Shown: positions 29,527 to 46,173 of the stretch, in pieces
Numbering within the stretch: position 1 is the first letter of the stretch
Layout: the number at the start of each line of letters is the position of its first letter
Source of the DNA: the human T2T-CHM13v2.0 reference genome, Homo sapiens
Direction: 5' to 3' (one strand)
Length of the DNA: 64,000 nucleotides
NCBI RefSeq assembly: GCF_009914755.1
Contig: NC_060935.1
Notes under the pieces: generated by a model
The model's database searches: none
Told to the model about the DNA's origin: nothing
The model's input: the letters and a program-made list of their open reading frames with translations, nothing else
Position numbers and translations under genes: made by a program

Positions 29527-31329
29527 AGAATACATAAACTCAAAATGTGTAAATTCTGGGCAAATTTTGTCATGGCCTTTGGAAAACATTTCCAAACAAT
29601 AACTTGTTACTTTATTTTACAAGTCACATGTTTATTTCATTGCTCGTGTTGGAATTTATTCATTTTATGATCCTTTGGTTCTATTTATATTGTGATAAAG
29701 ACTATAAAAATGACTTTTTTTTTCTTTTTGAAAGAAATCACCAATACAGATAAAAAGCATACAAATATCATTTGGTATTTGTAATCTGAATTATGATACA
29801 GTTTTTCTATTGGACTGGAAAAATAACCTTTGTGAATTACATAGAATCTATGATTTTAGGCAAGCTGTTTCCAGTATTAAAGAGCACTTATGTCAATTGT
29901 AATATGTTGTGAGTTATTTGTTTTCATTTAATGTCTTTTTATTTAAAATAGGGAAAGTCTGGTAAACAAGCTGCTCAACTAAAATTAAAAAATTTTCTTA
30001 TTAAATAACCAATGTAAATAGAATCAAATGCTATGGGAGAAACAGAAAGAAAGCATAATGCATTTAAGAAGAAAAGAATCTAGGTGAAGGGCAAGAATAT
30101 AGAAATAAAATCATATTTTGTTTTTCAGAACAACAATGCAGCAAGTGTACACATTAAATCTGCATGAACTGAATGTGGAAACGCTTGTCTACTGAGGAGA
30201 TAAGTGAAGGGGGGCCTCTTAAGGTTGACATGAGCGCCCAATAGATTCAACTTCACTTTTATCAGCTGTTCATGCATTTATGTCAACCACCTGAGGTCTT
30301 TAGCTTTGTTTGATTGTTCAGTTCAATTATTGCAAGAAAGGAGTTCAGAAAATAAGCTTTATTTATTTTTCTCTCTCATAATGTATGCCATTGTCTCAAC
30401 AAAAGTTGGGACTTTAGACATATATTTAACAGACCTGAACACAAAGACTTAACAAGTTGTTTCTTTATTATTAACCCTTTCCTAATTGTGCATTTCACTG
30501 GTTATTGTTAATGGTTTTTTTTTTTTCAAATTTTAGAGATAATAATTCTTGATTAAGATATGTCCATTTCCAGTGTCTGGTAGTTATTTAAGAAATAATT
30601 TTGATAGAGATAATATAGAAGTGGAAATAAAATGTAGAAGCCTATTGTGAAGTTTATCTTTAGAAAGTTTTCATTAAAAAACTTATTTTCCAGAAATCAG
30701 ATGTGGTGTGTTTCTGCAAGAATTATGAAACAAAATAAAACCAAATAAATTATACCACTAGAACCTTCATAGTACTCTTCCTAAAAGGAATAATTCACCA
30801 TGCATATTTTAAAAGTGTTCAGGATCATAGATTCAATTAAATTTAATTGCCATATGTGGAGTTCCTACTAAGTGGTCGGCCAGAATGAAGGCATATCAGG
30901 CAGAGTTATGACTTACCAACTCTGCAAATACACCTGCAAGCTACTGCACCTGTGGCTTTCCTTCCATAGCTCAAGGAAAATAGGCAAAAAGCAATAAGAA
31001 TAGGAGGTCGTGTGAAACAGTGAAAGCAGCCATTCTTATTCTTTTGAAATTGTGTACATCCTTCAGCATAATACAGACAAACTAGAGTTTTGATGTATCC
31101 AGTACTTGGGAGAAGAGCTATTGTATCCAGTACAATTCCCCAATGCATATTTTACCATTTAGTCTATTCATTCTGGAACCTGGACCAAATGTATACTTTG
31201 TGGTTATTTCCATTTTTCTTATGGCATATTGTGATACCAATAATCTATCATCAAATTAGTTCTTAAGATGAGACCCAAATGACCATTTATGCTAGAAACT
31301 CTTGATATTCCAAAATTAGCCCATACTTG

Positions 31330-31520
31330 AGAAGCAGGTCCTATTTTGCTTCCTGTCTTTGGGGACAGCAACTTTCTCTGTAACTTGAAGCATGTCTCTT
31401 AACCTTTCCTGATTTCCCCATCTGTGAATTAGAGGTAATTATTCCTAATTTTAAGGAGCCATTGAGAGGATTAATTTGTTAGTGTTTGTAAAGTACTTTA
31501 GATATGTAAAGTGCTAAGTA
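31330..31520 (+). mobile_element. MIR-like fragment
   Basis: tttccccatctgtgaattagaggtaat...gtgtttgtaaagtacttta. Confidence 0.55.
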
Positions 31521-32826
31521 TTACTAAATTCCATACAAATAATTTGCAATTTAACATCTAAAGGGACTGAATAATTGACTTTATTCTTGTAGACTATATT
31601 CTTATAATATTTTAGCAAATCTGCAAATACATGTTTTTCCCATCTAACATTTGTACAGAGATTATTATTGTTTGTAATACAGAACATGCAAATCAACCCC
31701 TCCTTCCTACTCAAGTTAATAAAAACATAAAAGGAATGACTGTCATTAGAAGCAAAGTATCCTGGGGGAAAGTATCTCCCAATTTTAAAAATTGCTGGCA
31801 ATTCCCTTTTCAAGCAGTCTGCGGAAAAGCTGTCAGGAGAGGTAAAAGGAAGAAAGAAGAAGTCTATTAAGGAATTGGATATGGGTTAGAAAATTAATGT
31901 TTTTTTTAAAAAAAAGATGAATTTCCTAATTGTGTTGTTCCTGGACTCTGAAACAATTTTAGTAAACAAGCACAAGTGTCCTCTGCAGTTATTTAAGGAC
32001 AGACTACATACTTACCCTCAAACCCAGTTTATTCAGGATGCAGGAATAGAATATGGAACTAACTGGACTCTCCTTAGCCCCAAAGATGCTCAAATCCCAG
32101 TTGTTGTGTATTCCTCTGACATAATCCCACCACACCGGTGTGTCAGTGCAGCGTTCGTATCACATCTGAATCGCTGGATACCGACTAAATATTAGACAGT
32201 TGTGGGCTGCTAGCTGCATCTGCATTTACCTCCTGGGCAAATGCAAGCACTTTGAGTGCTGACGCAGAAGGGTTAGACAGAGCTGCAAATGGTGATTCAA
32301 CTGGAGCCGCTTGTGGTGTTTATAAAGGGATGTCAGTCCTAAAACAAACTCTGACACACAGAGGCCTGGACTTCCACTGGGGTTGTGCTGACTTGCTCTC
32401 TGATTGATGGTGCTACCAGAAACCACTTTATGGAGTTATAGCCTTGGGTGACAATGATTATGGCTTGTAATACTGGGGCTGTATTTCCTCGAGCTTTCCC
32501 TGTAGGACTTGGAGGGATTCCTAAAGAGAACAGAATGCCTGTCCCCTACACAGGGAATGAGGAGGTGCCATTCAGGGAGGCTGAGCCGGGACAGGTGAAG
32601 GGCACTGCTCTCAGTCTCCTCATCTTTTAACTGGGGAGGGTTATCAAAACCTGCCTTGCAAGATGAGGCCAAAGTGATGGAATAACTTGGAAGGTGTTGA
32701 AAAGTGTAAAAGCCCTGTGCAAACATTGTAGTATCAGAATCGCTATTTTTGCTTGATCGGAGCCTTTTCCCTGGCTTAGTACAGCTTTCGGCCCCATCAT
32801 TCCGCCCTCATCTTCCTTGGTTTCCG

Positions 32827-33110
32827 AATTACTAGAACAAGGGGTCAGTGACACATATTGAAAGGATCAGAGGACTGGAGTTGAAGTCCTGACTCATCAC
32901 TTCCTGAGTTGCTCTCGTGGCCTTAGCCAAGTCACTTCATCTTAGAAATTCCATTTTGTTACTTGTAAAATTGGGGCAAAATATCTAACCTATAGTAGGT
33001 GGTGAGAAAAAAAAATGAGACAAATGAGACATCTATTTTATTATAAAGCATTATACAAATATGTTAGGATGATTATAAATATTTCTTGGGAAATATTTCT
33101 AGCTCTTAGG
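32827..33110 (+). repeat. MIR-containing segment, copy A of an old dispersed duplication
   Basis: Aligns by eye to 34113-34390, including flanks. Confidence 0.65.
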
Positions 33111-33229
33111 GAAGCTAACTCCTTTACAGAGAATAAGAGAAGTTGTAGCACTAAAATAAATCCTTTTCAGTCTGCAAAAAACCCCTGTTTAATTCACCGA
33201 AAGAAGCATTTCAAGGAAATATGCTCATT

Positions 33230-33780
33230 CTCCAGCCTGTGTCCCTCTTTCTGCTGCCCCCTTTATCACGTGCGCTGGTGGGAGGCTGCCAACAAAAGAA
33301 CAGGGCCCTGTGAGGGGAGGCAGGGGTGTTCCCAACCCTCAGCCTGGCCATCGTCCGTCTGTCCAGGAATGTTTCCTTTACCCTCTTTGTGGGAGTCGTC
33401 ATCCTCTCCTACTGCCATGGATATAATCAGAAGGACCGTGAAGGTAGATGTGGTGGGGAAAACAACAACAAAAATCCTCCCGCCGAAGGTGACTTTCAGG
33501 GCTGGTGAGATTTAATTCATTTCCCTGTGGCAACCATCAGGGACGGACATCTTTCACGGGCTGGTTGGGTACATTTCTTACATGCTGGCGGGATTTGGAC
33601 GCATGCTGTGCCGCTCTTTTTCAACGCCGGAAAAGTAAAACATTGCCCAATGGGGAGCTCTCCACTGACTTGTGTGTAGGAAAATGATGTAGCCAAATTG
33701 GTGTGGCGGAAGTTTTACAGAGAGGAAAGCAGGAAGCGGCAAAGAGAAGGAAGACAGATGCTCATGAATACGTTTTTCCA
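33230..33780. promoter_or_regulatory. Candidate enhancer/promoter (CpG-retaining, ETS/E2F-like motifs)
   Basis: Unique sequence with many CpGs; motifs tggcggga, ccggaaa, gcggaagt, caggaagc, cacgtg. Confidence 0.4.
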
Positions 33781-34112
33781 TTATGTTCCCAGGCACTAAG
33801 TTTGCCTTTCTTGATCCTTACGGTATAATTTTCCAGATCAAGATAAGCATTAAGCATGTTGTCTGTCTCCTCCTGTACAATTTGCAGTTTCAGGTTATGC
33901 TCAGATTGATAGAACTGTGAGTATGCAGAGACATTAATAAGCCTATGCATTTAAATAACCTTTATCTTCCAAGGAGCTCAGTTTTATAAATGATGGGACA
34001 TTGCTATTTTTTTTTCCTGCTTCATATGCTTGGCATTTTTATAAAACTTTGAATTTCAGTATCATCCTTCATGAGTCTAGTGTACCCTCCGAAAAAGGCA
34101 GCGATGTCAACA

Positions 34113-34390
34113 AATTATTATAACAATGAGTCAGTGATACCGAAAAGAATCAGAGGACTGGAGCTGAGGTCCTCACATGTCACTTATCAATTTGCTGTAG
34201 TAGTCATAGCCATGTTACTTAATCTTAGAAACTCAATTTTGATACCTGTAAAATTGGTGTAAAAATATCTAACATATACCTTTGTGGTGAAGAAGAAAAA
34301 TGACATACATATTTTTTAATAAAGCATTCTGTTATACATATATGTTAAGATTATGATAAGCCTTTCTTAGAAGCCACTGCATACCTTAGG
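34113..34390 (+). repeat. Copy B of the old dispersed duplication
   Basis: Shares atcagaggactggag, atcttagaaa, gtaaaattgg, aaaatatctaac and tatgtta with copy A. Confidence 0.65.
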
Positions 34391-34559
34391 AGCAATTTAT
34401 TTTTTATACTAATATGCTAGAGGGAAACTAAGGCACAGATGGAAAATGTGCTTCTCACTACTACAATCTATAAATCAACAACTCCCCAAACTCTATGTGC
34501 AGTCAAACTGTCCTATGAACTTACAACTCACTCTTTGAATTGCCAGCTGAATAACCCAC

Positions 34560-35400
34560 GAGCACCCAAGCTTAGCATCTCTTCTGAATTTCCTCACAAT
34601 CCTCCTCCTCCACCTGAGTCTTTCTGCAGAAGCTGTTCTCTCTTCCAGTTGCTAGCACACATATCTGTGCCTTTGGGTTGTGTCTCCTAAATCTTTCTCC
34701 CATCAGCCTTTTGCTTGCCATTCAAGCTACCAACATCTTAATGAAGTTCCTCCTGTGTCCCTATTAAATGCAATAGCTTTGTAGCTGGACTCTCGGCCTT
34801 CGTTGTTCTCCTTCCATACCCCTGAAATCATCTTCCACATCTGAGATGAGTGGTGTAAATAAAATGCAAAATAAACCATGTTGCTTCTAAATGTCAAACA
34901 GTTCTGTGGGGCCACATGGACCATAGGATGATCTCAAGCTTTTCTGGATCTTGGGATCCAGAGAGCCTTGTATCACATGACTTCTTAAATGTCTGCCACC
35001 GCCAGTCCTGCCTCTCACTGGAACTGCCAGCAACAGCAAGGGAATTTCCTGAAAGCTCCATGCAATTTTTTCATGTCTCTGCCATTGACATTGTATTGTC
35101 TTTGCATAGAATCCCCTCCCCGTGTTCCTTAGCTTGACAAGCTCCTCGTTATCCTGTGATCCCAGGAATGTCTCCACCAGGACACAACCAACACATCACC
35201 ACCGTGTCACCATGACTGACAACAGGCCCTCCACTGTACTCGCCGGGCACCACATAGCACCTGCCATTGTGCATTGTGACTTCAGTATTACCTGATACAT
35301 CTTTCTTAGCAGAATCCATTACTTGTGTACAAGAAGCGTTGATGGTACTGTTCATATGAGATAAAGGTGCCATAAGCTAAATGTGTTCAATTAGGTATTA
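34560..35400 (+). mobile_element. Degenerate L2 fragment
   Basis: Pyrimidine-rich L2-like text (taaaatgcaaaataaaccatgttgcttc). Confidence 0.45.
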
Positions 35401-36469
35401 GAATTGTACATGCTTGGTCATATAGTCGCTCAACCAAGTCTGTTAAGGGTTTACTATGTGCCTTATATTCTAGTAGGTTCTGGGTATTGTAGTGGCAAAG
35501 TGGTTCTTGGTTAGGCGTCCAGGTCATGTATCATGTAGTACATGACGGTGGACACACACTTGCCACGCAGTCACCAGGACTGTGGACATTGTCTGAAAAT
35601 AGTGGCAGAGCAGCAGATAATTCTGGATTCTCACCGGCAGGGGTCAGTGCAGCTAAGCAGACGCCGCACAGCCGGCTAACTTGGAAAGACATTAGGAGCT
35701 TGGTCTTGAATTAATACCATTCTAAACGTTTTCTATTTATATGTGAAAATTCACATTTCTTTGCCTTTTGGGACCAGGCTAGATCTATTCATTCTCCTTT
35801 AATGGCTTTGTAAACACTGTGCCTTCCATGACCTGCCCCCTCCTCCCTGTGCCCATCCACTGCCTCTTACTCCATGAAGTGATTTTATTTTGAATGTATT
35901 CGTTTCCTATAAGAAGAGAGCCTCTGAGTGAATCACACATCGGTTCAAATGACCTTCTGTTTTGAGAATGTTCCCAGGGGGGTGCAATTCTTTTAATTTA
36001 TTTAATCCGATGTGCTTTTTCAGAATGGCTCTCCTCTGCAAAACAGATGGGAGGGGACTGCCTGGCACTACTTCTCTTTCTCTCCACTACCCTGGAGGCT
36101 TGGCCTCTGGGCAGAAAGCTTGCAGGAGTGTATGGGACTGGACGGTTCCCAGTGCCAGGCGGCCCTGCTTTCCTCACAGCATGGGGGCTTTTGACATCAG
36201 AGGGGCCCCGGCTCGGCCTTTCTCTTGGGTGTACCTCTGTGGCCTGCCTCCTCATTTTGTTCACACAGAAAAGAAAGGACATAGAGTAGCATATGTCCTC
36301 AGCACTTAGATCATGACCATTGCACTTAAATAATCAACACTCTTTGGGCACTGTGATAAATCAACAGTTGAAACAGGAGTGGGCACTGGAGAAGCTACAA
36401 CAGATGCAGCCAACTTTACTTCCGGATGAAGTTGTTCTGAATCAACTCAGTACTGGAAATCATAAAGTG

Positions 36470-36720
36470 ATCAGGAGTGTGGCAGTACAGATCACAGGGA
36501 CCTGGGTTTCAACCCTGGCTTAGCCACTTCCTAAGAATGTGAGCTTGGACCGATGAAGATGTATAAGCCACACTTTCCTGGCATGTAATAAGGGAATGAT
36601 ACAGATATCCACTCCCAGGGCTGCTATGAAGAGGAAATGACATAGAGCTTACAAAGTGCTCAGAGCTGTGTCTGGCACAGAGTGAGCATCTAAAAATGGC
36701 AAGAAGAATGCATGTCATTA
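36470..36720 (+). mobile_element. MIR
   Basis: gacctgggtttcaaccctggcttagccacttcc...acaaagtgctcagagctgtgtctggcacag. Confidence 0.75.
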
Positions 36721-36844
36721 TGACATTTACAGGCTATATGCTACAGGCAAATCATTATTTTTCTTTTAATAATTGAAGGAATTTGACTTGTTAGGTGGTC
36801 CCTACCTTGATCCCTTAGCCCCTGGGACACACCTCTGTTGTTGA

Positions 36845-37162
<318 letters not shown>

Positions 37163-37739
37163 TCATCGTTTTATGTAGAGGATACCAGGACATTTCCCTG
37201 TCAGCTGTGCAGGGCAGACACCGAATCTTAAACATTTCTGTGTTTCTCGCATTGGGCAGAGTTCCTGGATGCAGCAGTTGCTCCGAGAATGCCAGATGAA
37301 AGCAAGCTGGGCATGCTGTCTGGGAACCCTGTGAGCCTTGGGTTTCCCCTGACCTTAGGTGGAAAGCCATTAGGCACCTGCTTACACTCAACGGAGAGAA
37401 AGCACTCATCCCCTAACGTTATCATTTCTCTCTAAGTCTGTCTTTCCAAATACTTACCTTGCATTTATTTTAGAGAGAGAACTCTTTTTATTTTATTCCT
37501 GAGATTGGGTGTTGCCACCTTTGTCCAGGATCTACACATCTGTGTGTGGTGTCCCTGGATCCTCCTTGGTGTCTCCTTAGAGACTCTAAGTTATGGCCTT
37601 CAGTCACATGTACATTGCCACATACCCATGTGTTTTCATTGCCAGGCAAAGTGTCATTCTGGCAACAAGCTCCTCACCTCCTTCCCCAGAGCTTGCCACA
37701 CTGGCCTGCCATAACAGTTACTGGAGCCACTGCAGGGTG

Positions 37740-38400
37740 CCTGGTTCCAACCACCATACAGGTCTTTTTTCTCTCCACTTGGTGCCTCCATCAGACCAAT
37801 TGCTCAAGCCAGAGACCAAGTGGCCTCCTGACCACCCCCTTTGCTACAATCCTGGCATCTAAGTCATTATTAAATCCTGTTGATTTCATCTCCAAAATGC
37901 ATCTTGAATTTTTTCATTTCCGCTTTCCACCACAGCCCACCACTTGGTCATTTCTGTGTAACCACAGCAATAGACTCTGACTAGCATCTCACTCTGCCAT
38001 CATCTCAGTCACTCTCATTGCTGGAGCCTAGGTGAGATTTTGAAAGCCTGAATGAGCCTGTGCTTCTCCTGTTTACCTAGCGGTGACTTTCTATTCCACT
38101 TTGGATCCAATCCTAAGCGCTTCCCAGGCCTTGTGGAGCTCTGTGGTGTCCGGGGATGCCTGCTCTCTCTCCTCACCACAGGCCTCCTCCCCTGCCTCGG
38201 TGTTTCCAATCCCAGGGGCCTGCATCCAGGCTGAGAGGACAGCATTAGCCCACCTCCACCCTGAGACTCCCACATGGGGCTTTTTCTCCATCTGGAAGAA
38301 GCCTCCACTCACCCCACGGCCACTTTCTCCCACCCTCCTAATCACTCTTCAGGCCATTTGGGATGCCCTTCTTATTGCCTATCCCCTGATATCCTCTCTC
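37740..38400 (+). mobile_element. L2 fragment (resumes ~39090-39260)
   Basis: L2-like text; 3' piece gattataagctccataacgggc...tgctcaaaaaattgct. Confidence 0.55.
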
Positions 38401-38435
38401 AGTGTGATCTATTTATTTTTTAAATTATACTTATG

Positions 38436-39067
<632 letters not shown>

Positions 39068-39486
39068 TTATTACCATTTGTAGCTATATAATTATACTCA
39101 TGTGTTTGTTTAACATCTGCCTCACACATTTGATTATAAGCTCCATAACGGGCCAAGATCATATCTGTGACTTATATCTGTGACTTGCCATTTTAGACTC
39201 AGTGGCTGTAGTGTGATACCTGACACGACACTGATGCTCAAAAAATTGCTTCATAAATGCAGAAGCCAACATTGACGTAATTTTCCAGAATATTTTAATA
39301 CTCAATTGACCTCAGGGAAATGCAAACCAAAACCACTAAGATACCATTGCACACCTATGATAATGGCTAGAAGTTGAAAGATTGATGGTAACCAACTGTT
39401 GGGGAGGATATAGAGCCACTGTAACTGTCACACACTGATGGTAAGAATGGAAAATGCTAGAACCACTTTGAAAAGTTGTATGTTTT

Positions 39487-41923
<2,437 letters not shown>

Positions 41924-42734
41924 CTAAACACACAACTACCATATAACCCAACCATTTCACATCTTGGTATTTGTCTAAGACAGATAAAATCATATGTCTA
42001 CATAGAGACTTGTACACAAATGTTCATAGCAGCTTTATTTATATTAGCCAAATTTGAAAACAATCCATGTTCATCAACAGATGAGTGGATAAACAATTAA
42101 CAGTAAATCCAAACAATGAAATATGACTCAGCAGTAAAAAGGAATGCGCTATTGATACAAGCAACAATGTAGATGAACTCACACCATCACGATGAGAGGA
42201 AAAGGCCAGATCCAGAAGAGTACAGATGGCAAAACTCTACGATTCCATTTTTATGAAATTCTAGGAAAGGCAAAACTAATCTAAAGTGACAGAAAGCAGA
42301 AATGTGAAGGTCTGGGGCTAAAGAGCCTTGGGTATTGATGGCAGGAAGCATGAGGTAACTTTCTGGGACAGTGAGAGTGTCATTCTGATGAGGGTAGTGG
42401 TTACACAGATGTAATATTCATCAAAACTTATTGAGCCACATCACTAAATGGATACATTTTATTGTATATAAGTTATACAATAAAAATTGGTTTAAAAACC
42501 TCAGTTGAACACAGCATGGCACACAAGTTTTGAGTGTGTATGTATACTGAATATTTATATATGAAAGGTACAATGTTTCACTCTTGGCCTAGCAGGAATC
42601 CCAATGACCCTGGGGGTGAAGACTGGCAAGGGAGTGGAAGGGAGAACAATGACCTTCCCCTTGACTGTATTTTCAGTTTACCAAAGCAAAGTGAAGCTTG
42701 GGCTCAAGACATTAAGATACAGATGGACCGCATG

Positions 42735-42915
42735 CAGGGCCAAAAAATACTGGATGACCAGCTAAATTCTAATTTCTGAATAAACAATAAGTAGTTTTAG
42801 TATAAGTATGTCCCATGCAATATTTGGGACATATATTTTTATTAAAATATTTAGCCATCTGAAATTCAAATTTAACTGGGCATCCTGTATTTTTATTTCC
42901 AAAACTTGGCAACTT
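42735..42915. mobile_element. MER53 palindromic MITE
   Basis: Central tatgtccca-tgcaatatt-tgggacata; outer arms ccagctaaatt.../...aatttaactggg; terminal tggcaac. Confidence 0.85.
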
Positions 42916-43586
42916 TTCCAGCATGGTGTATTATCACCAGGATGTTCAAATTCATGTGTGGAAGGATTTTCTTTTGAACATGTTTTGCATTTTATAAAGC
43001 TATTCACATAGAAAATAGGGAGCAACACTCTATAGTGAAAGTAATGTGGATTTTAGAGTAAATCAGACCTTGATTCTAACTCCAACTTTGTCTCCTAATT
43101 CATTCTGAAGCTTTGGCCAAATTGCTTAACATGTCTGCAAAGTAAGCATAATAACCTCTAACTCAAAATTTTATTCGAGGAGAGGCAATAGAAGCATTAG
43201 CTTCCTTGAATCAGGAGGACTGTCTGTCTCCTTTCCCACTGCTTCTCTGCATTGGCCAGGAGATATCACTGTCCTAACTTCTGGAAACAATTTAAAATTG
43301 TGAGGCCTGGACAGGAGACAAGAGAAGCTCCTTGCCAGCATTGGCTCTAATTCTGAAAGGGCTCCTGGGTTGCATCTGAGCTATCACCATCAATACCCCA
43401 CACTCTCATTGGTGTTAGTGAAGGGCAGGTGTTATGTCAGTGGTGGTAGGAAGGGGGAAGTCATGTCATTTTTACTGTCTGCTAATGCTTCTTAAGGAAA
43501 AGAAAGGAGGCACAGAAGTGAGGAAGAATAGCGGTGGAGGTACTCCAGACAAATTGGAAGGGATCTCCTCTTGTTAAAGAATTGCA

Positions 43587-43990
43587 GGCGGGGCGTGGTG
43601 ACACACCTGTAATTCCAGCATTTTGGGAGGCCAAGGCAAGAGGACCACTTGAGCCCGGGAGTTCAAGACCAGCCTGGGCAACATAGAAAGACCTTGTCTG
43701 GGAGGCTGAGGCAGGTCAATTGCTTGAACTCTGGAGACGGAGGTTGCAGTGAGCCGAGATCACGCCACTGCACTCCAGCCTGGGCAACAGAGTGAGACTC
43801 CATCTCAAAAAAAAAAAAAAATTAGCTGAGTCTGGTGGTATGCACTTGTGGTCCCAGCTACTGGGGAGGCTGAGGTGGGAGGTTGGCTTGAGTCCTGGAG
43901 ATCCAGGCGGTGGTGAGCTGTGATCACAGCACTGCACTCCAACTTGGGTGGTGACAGAGCAAGACCTCTGTCTCACACACAAAAAATTGC
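43587..43990 (+). mobile_element. AluJ with a 5'-truncated AluS right arm (43699-43820) in its linker
   Basis: Three monomer-like blocks; approximate TSD aa(g/a)aattgc. Confidence 0.85.
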
Positions 43991-45738
43991 TATAATCAGG
44001 GATTATCTCATCTCAGGAAAAAGAGGAAATTATGTTCAAGATGAAGAGAGAAAACGGGCTAGTCATCTGATTTACTTTACCTGACCATAACACATAGTCC
44101 TAGGGTACTGGGTGAAATTTATGGCCAGTAAATTCCCAGCTATTAAAAGGAAACGCTTCTTTGTCTGCTATGCAGTTGACCTCCGAGGAAGATCAGTGAA
44201 GCAGAATCAGGGACTATGTTTAGAAACGGGATCCAGCAATTTTATGATTCATAAAAACTTGGCTGATGATGTGGCTTAGAGCAAGGGCCTCAAATGCCAC
44301 CTCAGAGCCCTGAGCCACATCCCATGCCTTCAGCAGGGGCAGCCTGTCTTTGGGATGCTGCTCCTAATTCCATACATTATCTCCTTCAAGGAAAGGGGCG
44401 TCATCTCCGAAACAGCTACATCTCCTTTGTGATTCCAGTTTCCACCCAATAGGCCCAGTGCAGTGACTCCAGCTCCTTCCAGGTAGCTGCAGCTCTTGCC
44501 ACCAGAAAGATCACTTCTTTCTTTGGTTCTTCAGTCTTAGGCCTGATGGAGATGTCCTGTCATTGCTAATCTCTGTGTAGTCTCATCATCTCTTTCACTT
44601 CTCTGGAGGCTTTGTAACCAATTCTCTTACCAAATTCCTTCTACTGGAGTCATGCATGGACTCCAACTGTCTAGCTCTTCAACGATATACCAGGTCACAC
44701 CGTTTTCCCAAGGGGTTTTAACCTGTCACCCTAAATAGGACTGATATGTAGCTGCACAGTCTAGGCAAACATGAGTGAAAGAAGATTTGGGCACTGATTC
44801 TCTTCCTGCCCTTCTAGAACCCATTTCCAGGCGTGTTAGGTCCATATTCAATGCCAGGTGAGACGGGGCTGAGTAAACAGAGGTTTCCATTAGCTCAGGG
44901 GAAGTGGAAAGTATCAAGCCCTGACATCGTCCACTGGAGACACTGATGTGAGTTGAAGTTAAATCCTCAGATGGTTATTATTATTATGTTTGTTTTTTTC
45001 TTAACAGGATGCTATTCCCAAGGTATACATATAAAAGCAGGATTCAAAGTCATCTAATTATTATACAAAGAAACAACCAGAGTAAAAGTAGTGGGATGAA
45101 GATTAGTAAAATGTGCCAGAATTGAGGAAAGAAACCCACCCCAACATTAGAATGCAAAGAACGTTTTAAAAATGCCATTATGGAAAGTATATTCTAGGGA
45201 TAAAATGGATAAGTAGATAAAAGATTTAATGTTTAGCTATTATTCTACTAACTTCAAATTTTCAACAGAACTCCATTGAATAGTCTATGTTTCTAAATGG
45301 AGCATATTTCGAAGAATCTCCAGATGGTCACCGGACACTACAGGGCTCCGCTGAGAGCAAGTAGCCTTACTTAAGCAACAACTAGGGAAGCCCAAGATTT
45401 AAGTTCAACAGAGACTATTTTAGTCAGTTTCACTCTATCCTCGTCGGTGGCCAGTAGTAAGCTTCATTTAAATATATAGCTACAAATCATACCATTCTTT
45501 TCATTTTCTTTTTTGATCCTTTAATACAACTTCTGTCTTCCCCCTCCCCCCCGCCAACCCCGCTAGCTAATTGTAGCAAACTCTGATGATGTGGGCTAGT
45601 GATATGGCCATATTTCATTTCTGGCAAATGGATGTTATTTACATTTGAAAAAGTGAACCATACTTCACTTTCATTATGAAACACTGTCTTCAAAGCAACA
45701 TCCCCAAAGCTCTTTTAATGAGAGAGGAGAGGGAGTGA

Positions 45739-46173
<435 letters not shown>

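Noticed and set aside
33015-33515. 166-aa ORF
   Set aside because: It starts in a MIR-derived segment and has no recognisable domain.
39161-39186. 13-bp tandem duplication atatctgtgactt
   Set aside because: Ordinary slippage event within L2-derived sequence.
44940-45030. Donor (gat|gtgagt), acceptor (ttttcttaacag) and a possible 15-nt microexon
   Set aside because: The implied intron is only ~60 nt, the following donor is weak and no transcript context is visible.
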